Positions 10,176 through 19,970 of a stretch of 64,000 bases of DNA are shown here, one piece after another. The stretch's first letter is position 1. The number at the start of each line of letters is the position of its first letter. The DNA is from Acidobacteriota bacterium (lineage in GTDB: Bacteria > Acidobacteriota > UBA890 > WLXD01). The notes under the pieces are model-generated. The model saw nothing but the letters and a program-made list of their open reading frames with translations, was not told the DNA's origin and ran no database searches. The translations under genes and the position numbers were made by a program. The stretch spans positions 3,616,001 to 3,680,000 of the forward strand of contig CBDFKD010000002.1 of the NCBI GenBank assembly GCA_965248695.1, in the 5' to 3' direction.

Positions 10176-12956
10176 CTATCGGGGAGGGCCCGCCTGCCGC
10201 AGCCTCAGCTTCGGGGCTCCTACAGGCACGAGCCCGCCGGTAGCCTTCCACTCATCTGCGTAGCGCCGCTTCGACCACGCACTCAGATCGATGGGGCCCG
10301 TGATGGAGACGCTGCGAAACTCGTCGCCGACAATGTTCGCGGGGAAATCGAGGTCGCTGGGCTCCATCTCCACCAGCGCCAGCCCGGAGCTTCCGAAGTG
10401 GAAGTTGAGCTGCTCGCCCGCCCGCAGATTCCATAGCGTCGGCACGGAGGTGTAGGGGGCCTCGTCGGGCTGCCCGACGTGAAAACGCTTCCCAAAATAC
10501 GGCAAGGCCGGCGACTCGCGGGCGCGATACTCGTGCGCCAGCAAGGGATTGTCGCCGAAGAACGGTTCCCAAGCCCACGTCGCACGGCCGACGAGGCTGA
10601 GGGCGAAATCGCAGACGGTGTCGAGATCGACGTCGGCCGACGTGGGCCCGATCGTCATGTACAGGTACATGTCTTCGTAGGAGTGCTCGGAATGTGGCAA
10701 GAAGGTCTCGTGGAACCAGCGCCCGAACAGGACGTCGAGTGCTTCGTTGAGGATGGTGATCTCGAGCACGATGCCGCCTGCATCTGAAGAGACGCGCCGC
10801 AGATCGAGGGCCCAGATCTGGATCGGGAAGTTGAACCACGGCATCGGGTCGAGGCGTTTCCATTCCTCGTATAGCCAAAGTCTCCACCGATTCTCGAGAG
10901 CTTCCTCGTTGCGCGCGTACCAGCCGCCGAACGACGCGAACTCAGCGTCCGCGATGCCCAGCACCTTCTTCGCTGCGGCGCGATCGAGCGTAATCCGCGC
11001 ATCAAGAAAGTTCTCCCACCCGTAGTAGCCCCAGTACTCCTGCAGCCGGTAGACGGCCTCACGCTCCCGCGAGCCGTAGCGCAGGTGCCCCTCGAAGAGG
11101 GCCGTACCGCCGACAACATCCGGTTCGACCCCGCCCATCAGGTTGGTGGGGAGGAAGCCGGCGCCTCGGGATCCGCCGCCGATCGTGTCGATGGTGATTT
11201 CGGAGAGGTTCCGTCCGCTCACTCGCAACCGCATGCCCGAGGCGGTTTCGGAGAACGGCTCCACATCGTCGCCCGAGAAGTACGGAGTGGTCTGGTAGGA
11301 GACGGGAAACTCAAGGCGGTTCACGCGCACGTAGTCGTTCTTTTCATACTGTTCCCAGCGGTCGGCGACCATCGGGACGTCGAGGAAGTCGTAGAAGTCG
11401 TAGCGAACGACGCGGCCACCAGGGCCAGGCAAAAGCGGCGGCGTCGGCGTCAAGGACGGAGTGGGAAACGGCGGGATGACGCGTTCGGGATCCACATCGC
11501 CGACGGGCCGGGGTCTCTCAGGCCGCTTGAACAGCGCTCTGGATGCTGCCTCGGGGACCGCACGCAGCGAGACATAGGGCTCGCCCCACGGGAGCAGACC
11601 ATCCGGATGCTCGTCGTCCGCCAAGCGCAGCCACGAAGCCGGCTGCCAGGAGCGCGACCACGAGGCGAGGTCCATCGGTCCGCGGAACGTGATGCCGCTC
11701 GAGTCGCTTTCGATCTGTCCGGGGAACTGGCTCAGCGGCGGCTCGGAAGACGCTAGGCCGAGCGTCATCCGCCCCTTCGGCGCAACGTCGGCGAACGACA
11801 GCGTGAGTGTCTCGCCCTCGCGCAGATTCCAACTCGCCGGCACGTACTCATAGCCGCGGGCGCGGGAGTAGCCCTTGTCAGCGTAGTCGATACCGGGGGA
11901 CTCGTAACTGGACTCGTCGACGTACTCGGCCGCAAGGTTGGGCACGTCGGCGAAGCTCGGCTCGAAAGCCCAGATCCCGCGGGCCCGGGTTTGGGTGAGC
12001 GCATACTCCACGAGGGTATCGAGCGCGAGGTCGGTCGCGATCGGGCCTATGGTCATCTCTAGTGTCATATCGCTGAGCGAGCTGCTCTCGAAGTTGCTGC
12101 GCAGCGCCTCTTGGAGCCATCGAGACCAGAGGATGTCGCCGGCCATCCCGACCCAGTCGAGAACCAGGACCAGCGAATCGTTCCCGGGCTGGCGAACCGC
12201 GGAGACGAAATCGACGCGCCACGTTTGGAGGGGTGTGTCGAATGCGTAGCGAACGTCGAGCCGACCCTCGCCCCCCACGTGGACGTCGCCGCCCTCGTCG
12301 TTGAGCCACCACCACCAGGCCTGTTCCAGCTCCTCCTCGTGCGACGCAAACCAGCGCTCGAAGCGTCTGAACTGGCCGTTGCTGAGGCCGAGCACCTTAC
12401 GCGCCGCGGCGCGGTCGAGCTCCAGCGTCAACACGGTCTCGCTCTCCCACCCGTGATAACCGAACCGCTGCGGGATCTTGAGCTCGTTGGCGCGCGCCCG
12501 GTCGATGAATCGCATGGTGGCGCTTAGGCGAGCGACGCCACCCGACGGCGGGTGGCCGAGTCCACCCATCAGGTCGTAGGGCAGAAACCCCGTCTTCTGC
12601 GCCGCTGGAGAACGTGTGCCGCCGATCGTATCGATGGTGACGTGCGTCAGGTCCCGCGCGACCACGTTCAGCCGCGCTGGCGCGTAGAGGGTATTGAATG
12701 CCCGGATGCCGGGGAAAAGCCGTGGCCCGTCTACATACGTGCTCTCGTGGGTGATCGGGTGCTCGAAGCTCCGGGCCCTGACGAAGCCGACCGCCTCACG
12801 CTGCCGCCAGGCGTCCTCGACAAGCGGTCCGTCGAAGAAGCCATACCACGTGTAGTCCACGCTCGGCGTGATGCGGTTGCCGGCCGTGGCTGAGGCAATC
12901 GCGGCGAGCGTTGCGGCCACGAGCGCGACGAGTGCAGCGATACGTGGGAAACGCAT
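10176..12956 (-). CDS. Large secreted hypothetical protein made of two homologous ~430-aa domains
   Basis: 926-aa ORF with signal peptide. Motifs repeated in both halves (TIDTIGG, GFLP.(D/N)LMGG, LDRAAA.KVLG, MTIGP, W..EP.F.D.P, WNLR.GE.L) around a Pro-rich linker. Confidence 0.85.
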   Translation of the reverse strand: MRFPRIAALVALVAATLAAIASATAGNRITPSVDYTWYGFFDGPLVEDAWRQREAVGFVRARSFEHPITHESTYVDGPRLFPGIRAFNTLYAPARLNVVARDLTHVTIDTIGGTRSPAAQKTGFLPYDLMGGLGHPPSGGVARLSATMRFIDRARANELKIPQRFGYHGWESETVLTLELDRAAARKVLGLSNGQFRRFERWFASHEEELEQAWWWWLNDEGGDVHVGGEGRLDVRYAFDTPLQTWRVDFVSAVRQPGNDSLVLVLDWVGMAGDILWSRWLQEALRSNFESSSLSDMTLEMTIGPIATDLALDTLVEYALTQTRARGIWAFEPSFADVPNLAAEYVDESSYESPGIDYADKGYSRARGYEYVPASWNLREGETLTLSFADVAPKGRMTLGLASSEPPLSQFPGQIESDSSGITFRGPMDLASWSRSWQPASWLRLADDEHPDGLLPWGEPYVSLRAVPEAASRALFKRPERPRPVGDVDPERVIPPFPTPSLTPTPPLLPGPGGRVVRYDFYDFLDVPMVADRWEQYEKNDYVRVNRLEFPVSYQTTPYFSGDDVEPFSETASGMRLRVSGRNLSEITIDTIGGGSRGAGFLPTNLMGGVEPDVVGGTALFEGHLRYGSREREAVYRLQEYWGYYGWENFLDARITLDRAAAKKVLGIADAEFASFGGWYARNEEALENRWRLWLYEEWKRLDPMPWFNFPIQIWALDLRRVSSDAGGIVLEITILNEALDVLFGRWFHETFLPHSEHSYEDMYLYMTIGPTSADVDLDTVCDFALSLVGRATWAWEPFFGDNPLLAHEYRARESPALPYFGKRFHVGQPDEAPYTSVPTLWNLRAGEQLNFHFGSSGLALVEMEPSDLDFPANIVGDEFRSVSITGPIDLSAWSKRRYADEWKATGGLVPVGAPKLRLRQAGPPR

Positions 12957-13006
12957 TGAAAACAGATAGTACTCTGCCGGCTATGCAACGATGGCACCGT
13001 CAACTC

Positions 13007-13143
13007 AATACGTGGTACCGGCGCACGACGGACGGCGGGGCGAAGTGGAGTGACCCGGTCCGCATGTCGGATCGCGCCGACGGCGCAGCCTACAAGAGCA
13101 AGAAGGGTTCCGATTCCCGTACGGCGACTATCTCGAGATCGCG
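13007..13143 (+). pseudogene. Fragment of BNR/Asp-box (sialidase-like) beta-propeller protein
   Basis: NTWYRRTTDGGAKWSDPVRMSD (Asp-box). A frameshift near 13107 restores KG.RFPYGDYLEIA. Confidence 0.6.
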
Positions 13144-13189
13144 CTCGGAGCTGAGGACGGGTCCTCCGTCCTCCGAGAGGGGATCGCGC

Positions 13190-13674
13190 CGCTCGGTAGC
13201 TGTCGGGCATCCCGAGACGAGCAATCGTATTGAGGATCCTGCACGCAAGTCGCACCTCCACGCGTTGGCCACCAAGGTGCGACTCCTCATGCCTCCGCCG
13301 ATGATCGTCTTGTATCGATAGATCGCGTTCTCGACCATGGCGCGCTTGCTGTAGCCGGATCGCGTGTGCCACTCGCGTCGACCGCGAGGTGCAGCTTCCG
13401 CCAGGCTCTGTGCTTCGGTGGCTTGCGTAGATGGCCGACGTGAATCCGGAGCCCCGTGCTGTCGATGAATAGGTGGATAGGTCGATCGCTAGCGACCGCA
13501 CGAAACGGGATCTCCACGTACAGCATGTCTGCGAGAGCACGCAGGAAGCCCTCGGTCTGCCGGGGCGGAAGGTGGAAGACCATGCGGATCGTGAGAGCTA
13601 CCTCGATTGCGCAACTCCAGATCGGGGACCTTGCCACGACGATGCACTGAGATCAGGACCCATGCACCAACGCC
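13190..13674 (-). mobile_element. IS5-family (IS903-like) transposase remnant, multiply deleted
   Basis: Fragments AIEVALTIRMVFHLPPRQTEGFL, IHLFIDSTGLRI, WRKLHLAVDA, YSKRAMVENAIYRYKTIIG, LGMPDSY. Terminal-like GGCGTTGGTGCAT ends at 13674. Confidence 0.8.
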
Positions 13675-13812
13675 TCCCACGGCAGTTGTCAGTGGCGTAT
13701 CGGTTGGACACCGGCAGTGGCGCTCGACGATAGTCCGGTATCCTTCGGTCTACCCAACGCTTGCTGGAGCAAACACGCTGATGCCGTGTGTTCACAAAAA
13801 GGTCTTCAAGGA

Positions 13813-14751
13813 ATGAGGATCGTCATCTACGGCGCGACCGGGTATGGCGGTCAGGAACTGCTGCGCTACCTGGCAGGACACCCGCGGTTCGAGGTCGCGG
13901 CCGTTGTGAGCAGGAGCAACACCGGTCGGTCGATCGGGGAAACGCTGCCGCAGCTCGACGGCTTCTATGGCGACCTCCGGTTCCAATCCCCGGACGAGCA
14001 GCTGCCGAGGGACGTAGACGGCGCATTTCTCGCCGTTCCGCACGGCACCGCCGCGGATCTCGTTGCTGGCCTCCCGGATAGGTTGCGCATCGTGGACCTC
14101 TCGATGGATTTCCGGAGCGAGCAAGATGGCTTCGTTTACGGTCTTACGGAAACGACCCGCGAGCAGATTCGAGGTGCGTGCCGCGTCGCCAACCCGGGCT
14201 GCTTCGCAACCGGTGCGCTGCTCGCATTGGCACCGTTGTATGGTCGCGGCACGCTCGCTGGCGACGTCGTCCTCGCACAAACGACCGGATCCTCAGGCTC
14301 CGGCGCACGCGAGAAACCGACGACTCATCACCCCGAGCGGGCTCAGGACATGCGCGCCTATAAGGTGCTCGCTCACCAGCATCTTGCCGAGATGGAAGCG
14401 CAGATCGGTGGCGGCTGCACGCTCTCGATGATCCCGCAGAGCGGCCCTTTCTCACGCGGCATCTTCACTGTCGCTCACGTACGAACGGATCTCGATATCG
14501 TCGAGCTCTATAGAGAACATTACAAGGCCGAGCCCTTCGTGCGGATGCGCGACGACACGCCGGCCCTGCGGCACGTAGTGCGCACGAACTTCTGCGACCT
14601 CACCGTGCACGTCAAGGACGGCCGCGCGGTAATCCTGTCGGCGATTGACAACCTCGGAAAGGGTATGGCGGGGCAAGCGATACAGAACATGAACCTCCTT
14701 TTTGGCCTGGAGGAAACGGAGGGGCTCCTGCTCCCGGGGACGAACCCGTGA
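13813..14751 (+). CDS. argC: N-acetyl-gamma-glutamyl-phosphate reductase
   Basis: GATGYGG, VDLSMDFR, ANPGCFAT (catalytic Cys), IDNLGKGMAGQAIQNMN. Confidence 0.92.
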   Translation: MRIVIYGATGYGGQELLRYLAGHPRFEVAAVVSRSNTGRSIGETLPQLDGFYGDLRFQSPDEQLPRDVDGAFLAVPHGTAADLVAGLPDRLRIVDLSMDFRSEQDGFVYGLTETTREQIRGACRVANPGCFATGALLALAPLYGRGTLAGDVVLAQTTGSSGSGAREKPTTHHPERAQDMRAYKVLAHQHLAEMEAQIGGGCTLSMIPQSGPFSRGIFTVAHVRTDLDIVELYREHYKAEPFVRMRDDTPALRHVVRTNFCDLTVHVKDGRAVILSAIDNLGKGMAGQAIQNMNLLFGLEETEGLLLPGTNP

Positions 14752-15890
14752 ACAGGGCCGAAGTGCTCGCTGCTGCTGAGCATTGCGAGGTCCCCGCGTA
14801 TTCTCGCGTGGACATCGTTGCCGCCCGCGGGGAAGGCGCCCGCGTCTTCGACACGAATGGCACCGGTTACCTCGATCTGTACGGCGGCCACGCCGTCGCG
14901 CTCCTCGGCCACAGCCCGGCGCCGGTAATCAAAGCTATCGTGACCCAGGCGCAAGACCTTCTGTTCTATAGCAACGTCCTTCATGTACCAGCTAGGGCGC
15001 GTGCAGCCGAACGTCTTTGTCGGCTCGCTCCTTGGGAGGACGCGAAGGTCTTCTTCGTCAACTCCGGAACCGAAGCGAACGAAACGGCGCTCAAGATCGC
15101 CCGCAAGGCGACAGGTCGCACGACGGTCGTGTCCTTCGAGGGTGGATTCCATGGCCGGACACTCGGTGCGTTGGCAGCTTGCGGTCTCGGCGACTACCGC
15201 GCGCAGGCCGAGGGCGTCATCAACGGCTATGTATCTGCCGCTTTCAACGGATCCGTCGAGGTCATCGATGACAGCGTGGCCGCCGTCCTAGTCGAACCAA
15301 TCCAGTCTATGGGCGGCATGAGAAAAATGACGCCGGAGTTCGCTCAGGCGCTGCGCGCGCGATGCAACCAGACCGGTGCCCTTCTCATCTTCGACGAGGT
15401 CCAGACAGCGCCCGCGCGGACGGGTTTCTGGTTCGCAGGTGAGGGTTGGAAAGTAACGCCCGACCTGATCACGACAGCGAAGGGCATTGCGTCGGGTTTC
15501 CCTGCAAGTGTGGTTCTGACAAGCGGGGACGTCGCGACGACGGTGCAGGCCGGCGACCAGGGAACCACCTTCGGTGGCGGGCCCCTCGCATGCGCCGCCG
15601 TTGACGCTACGCTCAGGGTACTCGTGGAACGCGACGGCCCTGCACTCGCGCGCTCGATCGAAGCGCGCGTGAGAGCCGGCTTGCCCGGAGCCGAGATCCT
15701 CGGCCGTGGGGCGCTTCTCGGCCTTCGAGTGGCGGACCGCGATGCCACGAAGATTCTACGAGAACGGTACCGTGTCCTGGCCGGTGGCTGCCCGGGCGAT
15801 CAGAGGATCGTGCGCCTGCTTCCGCCGCTCACCATTACCGAGTCAGAGCTGGAGGAAGGCATCGCGGCCCTCCAGAACGTGGCCGAGTGA
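14748..15890 (+). CDS. argD: Acetylornithine aminotransferase (class III PLP)
   Basis: NSGTEANE, FHGRT, EPIQ, FDEVQT, AKGIASG, GTTFGGGP; translationally coupled (GTGA) to argC and argB. Confidence 0.88.
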   Translation: MNRAEVLAAAEHCEVPAYSRVDIVAARGEGARVFDTNGTGYLDLYGGHAVALLGHSPAPVIKAIVTQAQDLLFYSNVLHVPARARAAERLCRLAPWEDAKVFFVNSGTEANETALKIARKATGRTTVVSFEGGFHGRTLGALAACGLGDYRAQAEGVINGYVSAAFNGSVEVIDDSVAAVLVEPIQSMGGMRKMTPEFAQALRARCNQTGALLIFDEVQTAPARTGFWFAGEGWKVTPDLITTAKGIASGFPASVVLTSGDVATTVQAGDQGTTFGGGPLACAAVDATLRVLVERDGPALARSIEARVRAGLPGAEILGRGALLGLRVADRDATKILRERYRVLAGGCPGDQRIVRLLPPLTITESELEEGIAALQNVAE

Positions 15891-16816
15891 ACGATAACGA
15901 CATATTCGTCCTCCTGCAGGCGCTGCCCTACATCCGGCAGCACAAGGGTGCGACCTTCGTATTGAAGTGCGGTGGGGAAATCGCCCGCAACGCCGAAGCG
16001 ATCGAGCATTTCGCCACAGACGTCGCGCTTTGCGCTCATGTCGGCATCCGGATGGTCGTCGTTCACGGCGGTGGGCCCCAGGCAACCGAACTCTCCCAGA
16101 AACTCGGCCACGAGCCCACGATCATCGCTGGCCGCCGCGTAACGGACGACGCCACACTCGAGATCGTCAAGATGGTCTTCGCCGGTCAGATCAACATCGA
16201 TATTCTAGGCGCGCTGCGGCGGCACGGCGTTCAGCCGGTTGGAGTAAGCGGTGTGGACGGAGATCTCATACATGCCGTACGCCGGCCCAAGACCGAGATG
16301 CACGACCCTGAGACCGGCCAGCGGAAGATCGTGGACTTCGGCCACGTCGGCGACATAACCAGCGTAAACACACGCCTCTTGGTCAGCCTTCTCGACGGAG
16401 GCTATGTACCGGTTCTCGCCTCGCTCGGCAGCGACGACCACGGCGCCATCTTCAATATCAATGCCGACACCGTCGCCGCGCGGATCGCCGTCGACATGGC
16501 GGTGGACAAGCTCATCGTTCTCACGAGCGCACCAGGCCTACTCACCGACCCCGATGACCCGAGCAGCCTCGTATCGCACATCAGCGCATCCCGCTGTGAT
16601 GAGATGCTCCGCTCCGGCGCCGTGCACGGCGGTATGGTGCCCAAGGTGGAAACGCTGGTCGCGGCCGTCCGCGGCGGTATAGCCCGTGCGCACATCCTCG
16701 ACGGCACGAGCCCCCACAGCCTACTCGTCGAGCTGTTCACCCAGCGTGGAACCGGAACGATGGTGACAACACAAGAGGAAGAGTTGCACTACATGGAGGA
16801 ACGCCCCGACCCTTAA
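15887..16816 (+). CDS. argB: Acetylglutamate kinase
   Basis: QALPYI, VLKCGG, VHGGGP, RRVTD, NINAD, GGMVPK, HILDG. Confidence 0.93.
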   Translation: MNDNDIFVLLQALPYIRQHKGATFVLKCGGEIARNAEAIEHFATDVALCAHVGIRMVVVHGGGPQATELSQKLGHEPTIIAGRRVTDDATLEIVKMVFAGQINIDILGALRRHGVQPVGVSGVDGDLIHAVRRPKTEMHDPETGQRKIVDFGHVGDITSVNTRLLVSLLDGGYVPVLASLGSDDHGAIFNINADTVAARIAVDMAVDKLIVLTSAPGLLTDPDDPSSLVSHISASRCDEMLRSGAVHGGMVPKVETLVAAVRGGIARAHILDGTSPHSLLVELFTQRGTGTMVTTQEEELHYMEERPDP

Positions 16817-17034
16817 CGGTTGGATTCCAGGTCTGCCAGAACCGGGCAGACCTCCGAGTCGCCCTCGCGGAGATGGTCGTCACACTTGCCGATGCTCGCG
16901 CTTAGATCACGCTCCACCGCGCGGAGCAAACGGAGCTTCCGGCGAACTGTCCGGCGTTTGGTAGTGAGACGGTCTCAAACGGTCGCCCAACTGTCGGAGG
17001 GATGGTCTCGCAATTCGATGAGCCCACCGATCTC

Positions 17035-17286
17035 TGCCAGCGGATCTCGCCAAGCTTCTTGAGCCGTCGGGACAGAGTCGTATGGTCGGGAATAGGGATC
17101 TCCACGTCCAGCATGTCTGCGAGAGCACGCAGGAAGCCCTCGGTCTGCCGGGGCGGAAGGTGGAAGACCATGCGGATCGTGAGAGCTGCCTCGATTGCCA
17201 TGTCCGCGTAGGTGTTGGCCGCCGGGTTTCCCGCTCGGTGGAGCCCGCCAGGAGTCGCGGGCATCGGCGGACCGGTGCATAAAAGC
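17035..17286 (-). mobile_element. Second IS5-family (IS903-like) remnant
   Basis: YADMAIEAALTIRMVFHLPPRQTEGFLRALADMLDVEIPIPDHTTLSRR. 17095-17198 matches 13507-13610 with 2 mismatches. Confidence 0.8.
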
Positions 17287-17314
17287 GTCGTGCACTTCGA
17301 ACAACGAGACCGAA

Positions 17315-17646
17315 CTATGGCTGCCAGACTCCGATCCCGTCCTCAAAGACGAAATTCGTACCAAAGGGTGCCGACAGGCGCACGACGAGATCGATGATCT
17401 CCTTTGCTAATTCGCCCTGCGCGAGACGCGGCGTGCCTCGCGTAGTTCTTCCGTCGCCATGCCAGAGAGCGTCCTTGTGGCCCATTTCGATTGGATGGAG
17501 CTTGAGCTCTACCATCCGGTGCCCCTTGAACACGGGGATCGCGACCACGCTCTCGAACCACACCGCGTTCTCCGGCAGCATGGCGTACTCGCCCTTCTGC
17601 CCCTCGGGGTCGTAGACAGCGCTGGCCAGAGCGTCGGGGTCGACGA
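17315..17646 (-). pseudogene. C-terminal fragment of CapA-family (poly-gamma-glutamate synthesis/metallophosphatase) protein, cut by IS3
   Basis: WFESVVA...ELKLHPIEMG...RGTPRLA...LSAPFGT is a typical CapA C-terminus. The frame runs up to the IS left end at 17647. Confidence 0.7.
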
Positions 17647-18906
17647 TGACCTGACCCCCGAAAACGGATCCGGATGTAATCTCACGATCTGGGTCAAGAA
17701 CGGGAGGTCAGAATGCCGAGTAAGAGGCACAGCGCCGAGCAGATCGTACGCAAGCTCCGGGAGGCTGAGGTGGAGCTGGCTCGAGGGGCGACGGTCAAGG
17801 ATGCCTGCCGCAAGCTAGCAATCACCGAGCACACCTACTACCGGTGGCGGCGAGAGTACGGCGGACTGAAGCTCAACCAGGCCAGAAAGCTCAAGCAACT
17901 GGAGAAGGAGAATGCCCGGCTCAAGAGGCTGGTGGCGGAAAAGGAACTCGACCTGTCGATCCTGAAGGAAGTGGCGGAGGGAAACTTCTGAGCCCAGCTC
18001 GGCGGCGAGAGGCGGTGGCACATGTACGGGGGCGGCTGGGCGTCTCGGAGAGGCGGGCGTGTCGGGTACTGAAACAACCACGCACGACACACCGGTACGT
18101 GCCAAGAGAGCCGCAACAGGAGCAGATTTTGACGGAGCGGATCGTGGATTTAGCCCGACAGTACGGGCGCTACGGATATCGGAGGGTGACAGCGTTGCTG
18201 CGCATGGAGGGCTGGTCCGTGAACCACAAACGAGTGCAGCGTATCTGGCGGCGCGAAGGGCTGAAAGTACCGAGAAAACAGCCCAAACGAGCACGGCTGT
18301 GGCTGAGCGATGGCTCCTGCATCCGGCTGCGCCCACAGCACCGGGATCATGTCTGGGCGTATGACTTCCTGCACCACCGGACGCACGACGGTCGGGCTAT
18401 GAGGCTGCTGACGATCGTCGATGAGTACACACGAGAAAGCCTGGCGATCCATGTAGCACGGAAGCTCAACTCTGAGGACGTGCTGGAGCAGCTCGGGAGG
18501 TTGTTCGTACACCGGGGCATACCTGAGCACATCCGGTCGGATAACGGACCAGAGTTCACCGCCGAGGCGGTTCGCGACTGGCTGGGCCGGTTGGGCGTGG
18601 GGACGCTGTTCATCGAGCCGGGCTCGCCGTGGGAGAACGGTTACGTGGAGAGCTTCAACGGCAAGCTACGCGACGAGCTGCTGGATGGAGAGATCTTCTA
18701 CACGCTCAAGGAGGCAAAGGTTCTGATCGAGAGATGGCGTCAGCACTACAACCGCATGCGACCGCACAGCTCGCTGAGCTATCGGCCGCCCGCACCCGAA
18801 GCGACGTTGTTGAAGCCGGCTGCGCTCCGCTTCGCCGGCCTCAACAACCTCTTGTCAGCACCGAGTTACTGAGATAAGACATGGTACTAACCGCGGGGTC
18901 AGGTCA
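17647..18906 (+). mobile_element. IS3-family element 'IS-A', copy 1 (1,260 bp)
   Basis: Terminal IRs TGACCTGACCCC...GGGGTCAGGTCA; orfA/orfB; no target duplication. Confidence 0.95.
17713..18872 (+). CDS. IS3 transposase OrfAB (programmed -1 frameshift)
   Basis: OrfA 17713-17991 (HTH); slippery heptamer G_GGA_AAC at 17979-17985; OrfB with WAYDF, RSDNGPEF, ENGYVESFNG (DDE). Confidence 0.92.
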
Positions 18907-19757
18907 ACCACGCGAGCTGTTAGCTCTCCTTGATCATCGAGGGCGACGTACGCTTCTAAGCTCTCGCGACTAGCGCTGGCATCTTGGAACATCGTGATGC
19001 CGAAGCGGTTCGCTAGCTGCAAGGCACGCCGGAGGCCTTCAACGCGCTCGACATGGCCGGCGTCATCCGGTAGATGCTCTTCGACAAGTCGGGCGGCCCA
19101 CTCGCGCAACATACCGGTGGGCTCACCGGTGGTGGGATCGCGCTCGATACGTCCGTTGAGTGGGTCGGGCGTGTCCTTGTCGATTCCCGCGATCTGCAAA
19201 GCCCGCGAACTGACCCATGCCTGGTGTCCGTAGTTGGGTGTGAGATAGACAGGCCTCCCAGGGGCAATCTCATCGAGTAATGACTTGTGGGGATTACCGT
19301 CTGGAAACAGCCACAAAAACCAACCACCGCCGACGATCCAGTCGTCCGCATCACCCTGCGCAGCACAGTTTCGTACTTCTTCTAGTACTTCCTCCTGAGA
19401 GTAGAGACCGTTCAGATTGCATCGGGCAAGAGCGGCGCCACCGTAGACTGGATGGACGTGGGAATCGCCGAAGCCCGGAAGCACCATCTTGCCATCGAGG
19501 TCCACAACGCGAGTCCCTGGCGCGGTCCAGCGATCCACATCCTCGTCCGACCCGACTTCGACGATGCGGCCGTCGCTTACGGCAACGGCCTGTGCCCAAG
19601 GCTGCGCCGCGTCTACCGTGTAAACGGCGCCGTTTCGTAACACGAGCTCGGCCACACCTCCGTTCTCGACGGCACCACAGGCTACACAAGTCCAGGCCCC
19701 AATCGCGAGGGAGAGAATCCGATACTGCTTCGGCAGATACCGGGCACGACCTGACAT
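18907..19757 (-). pseudogene. YtcJ-like amidohydrolase lipoprotein, 3'-truncated by IS-A
   Basis: PGFGDSHVH, GHQAWVSSRAL, EPTGMLRE. Only the N-terminal half is present; the ORF tail DLTPRLVPCLISVTRC is read-through into the IS right end. Confidence 0.85.
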
Positions 19758-19780
19758 GGTTGGCTCCCTGGACTTGATTC

Positions 19781-19918
19781 AATGTTGGGATGGTTGATGG
19801 CGGCCAGCATCTGGGCTTCCCGCTCCAGGCGGGCCAGACGTTCCGGGTTCCATGGCGCTATCAGAGGGGGGGTAAGCGCCTGAAGCCTATCGCCAGAGGT
19901 CGAGACGGTCCACGGGAG
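19781..19918 (-). pseudogene. Collapsed 5' end plus upstream region of a Ser/Thr kinase-PD40 paralog
   Basis: ATG GAA CCC GGA (MEPG) joined out of frame to PERLARLEREAQMLAAINHPNI. Upstream CTCCCGTGGACC...GCGATAGGCTTCA is shared with 54071-54108. Confidence 0.75.
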
Positions 19919-19970
19919 TTGTCAGGCCAGCCCTGGTCGCGGCCTGGTTAAACGGTCTCACCGAAGACAG

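Noticed and set aside
13813-16816. LysW-dependent lysine pathway (lysY/lysJ/lysZ) instead of arg genes
   Set aside because: The kinase has the ArgB-type N-terminal QALPYI helix and ~300-aa length, and no lysW/lysX is nearby.
16829-16853. 9-bp hairpin AGGTCTGCC/GGCAGACCT after argB as an intrinsic terminator
   Set aside because: No U-tract follows; cannot be supported as a terminator.
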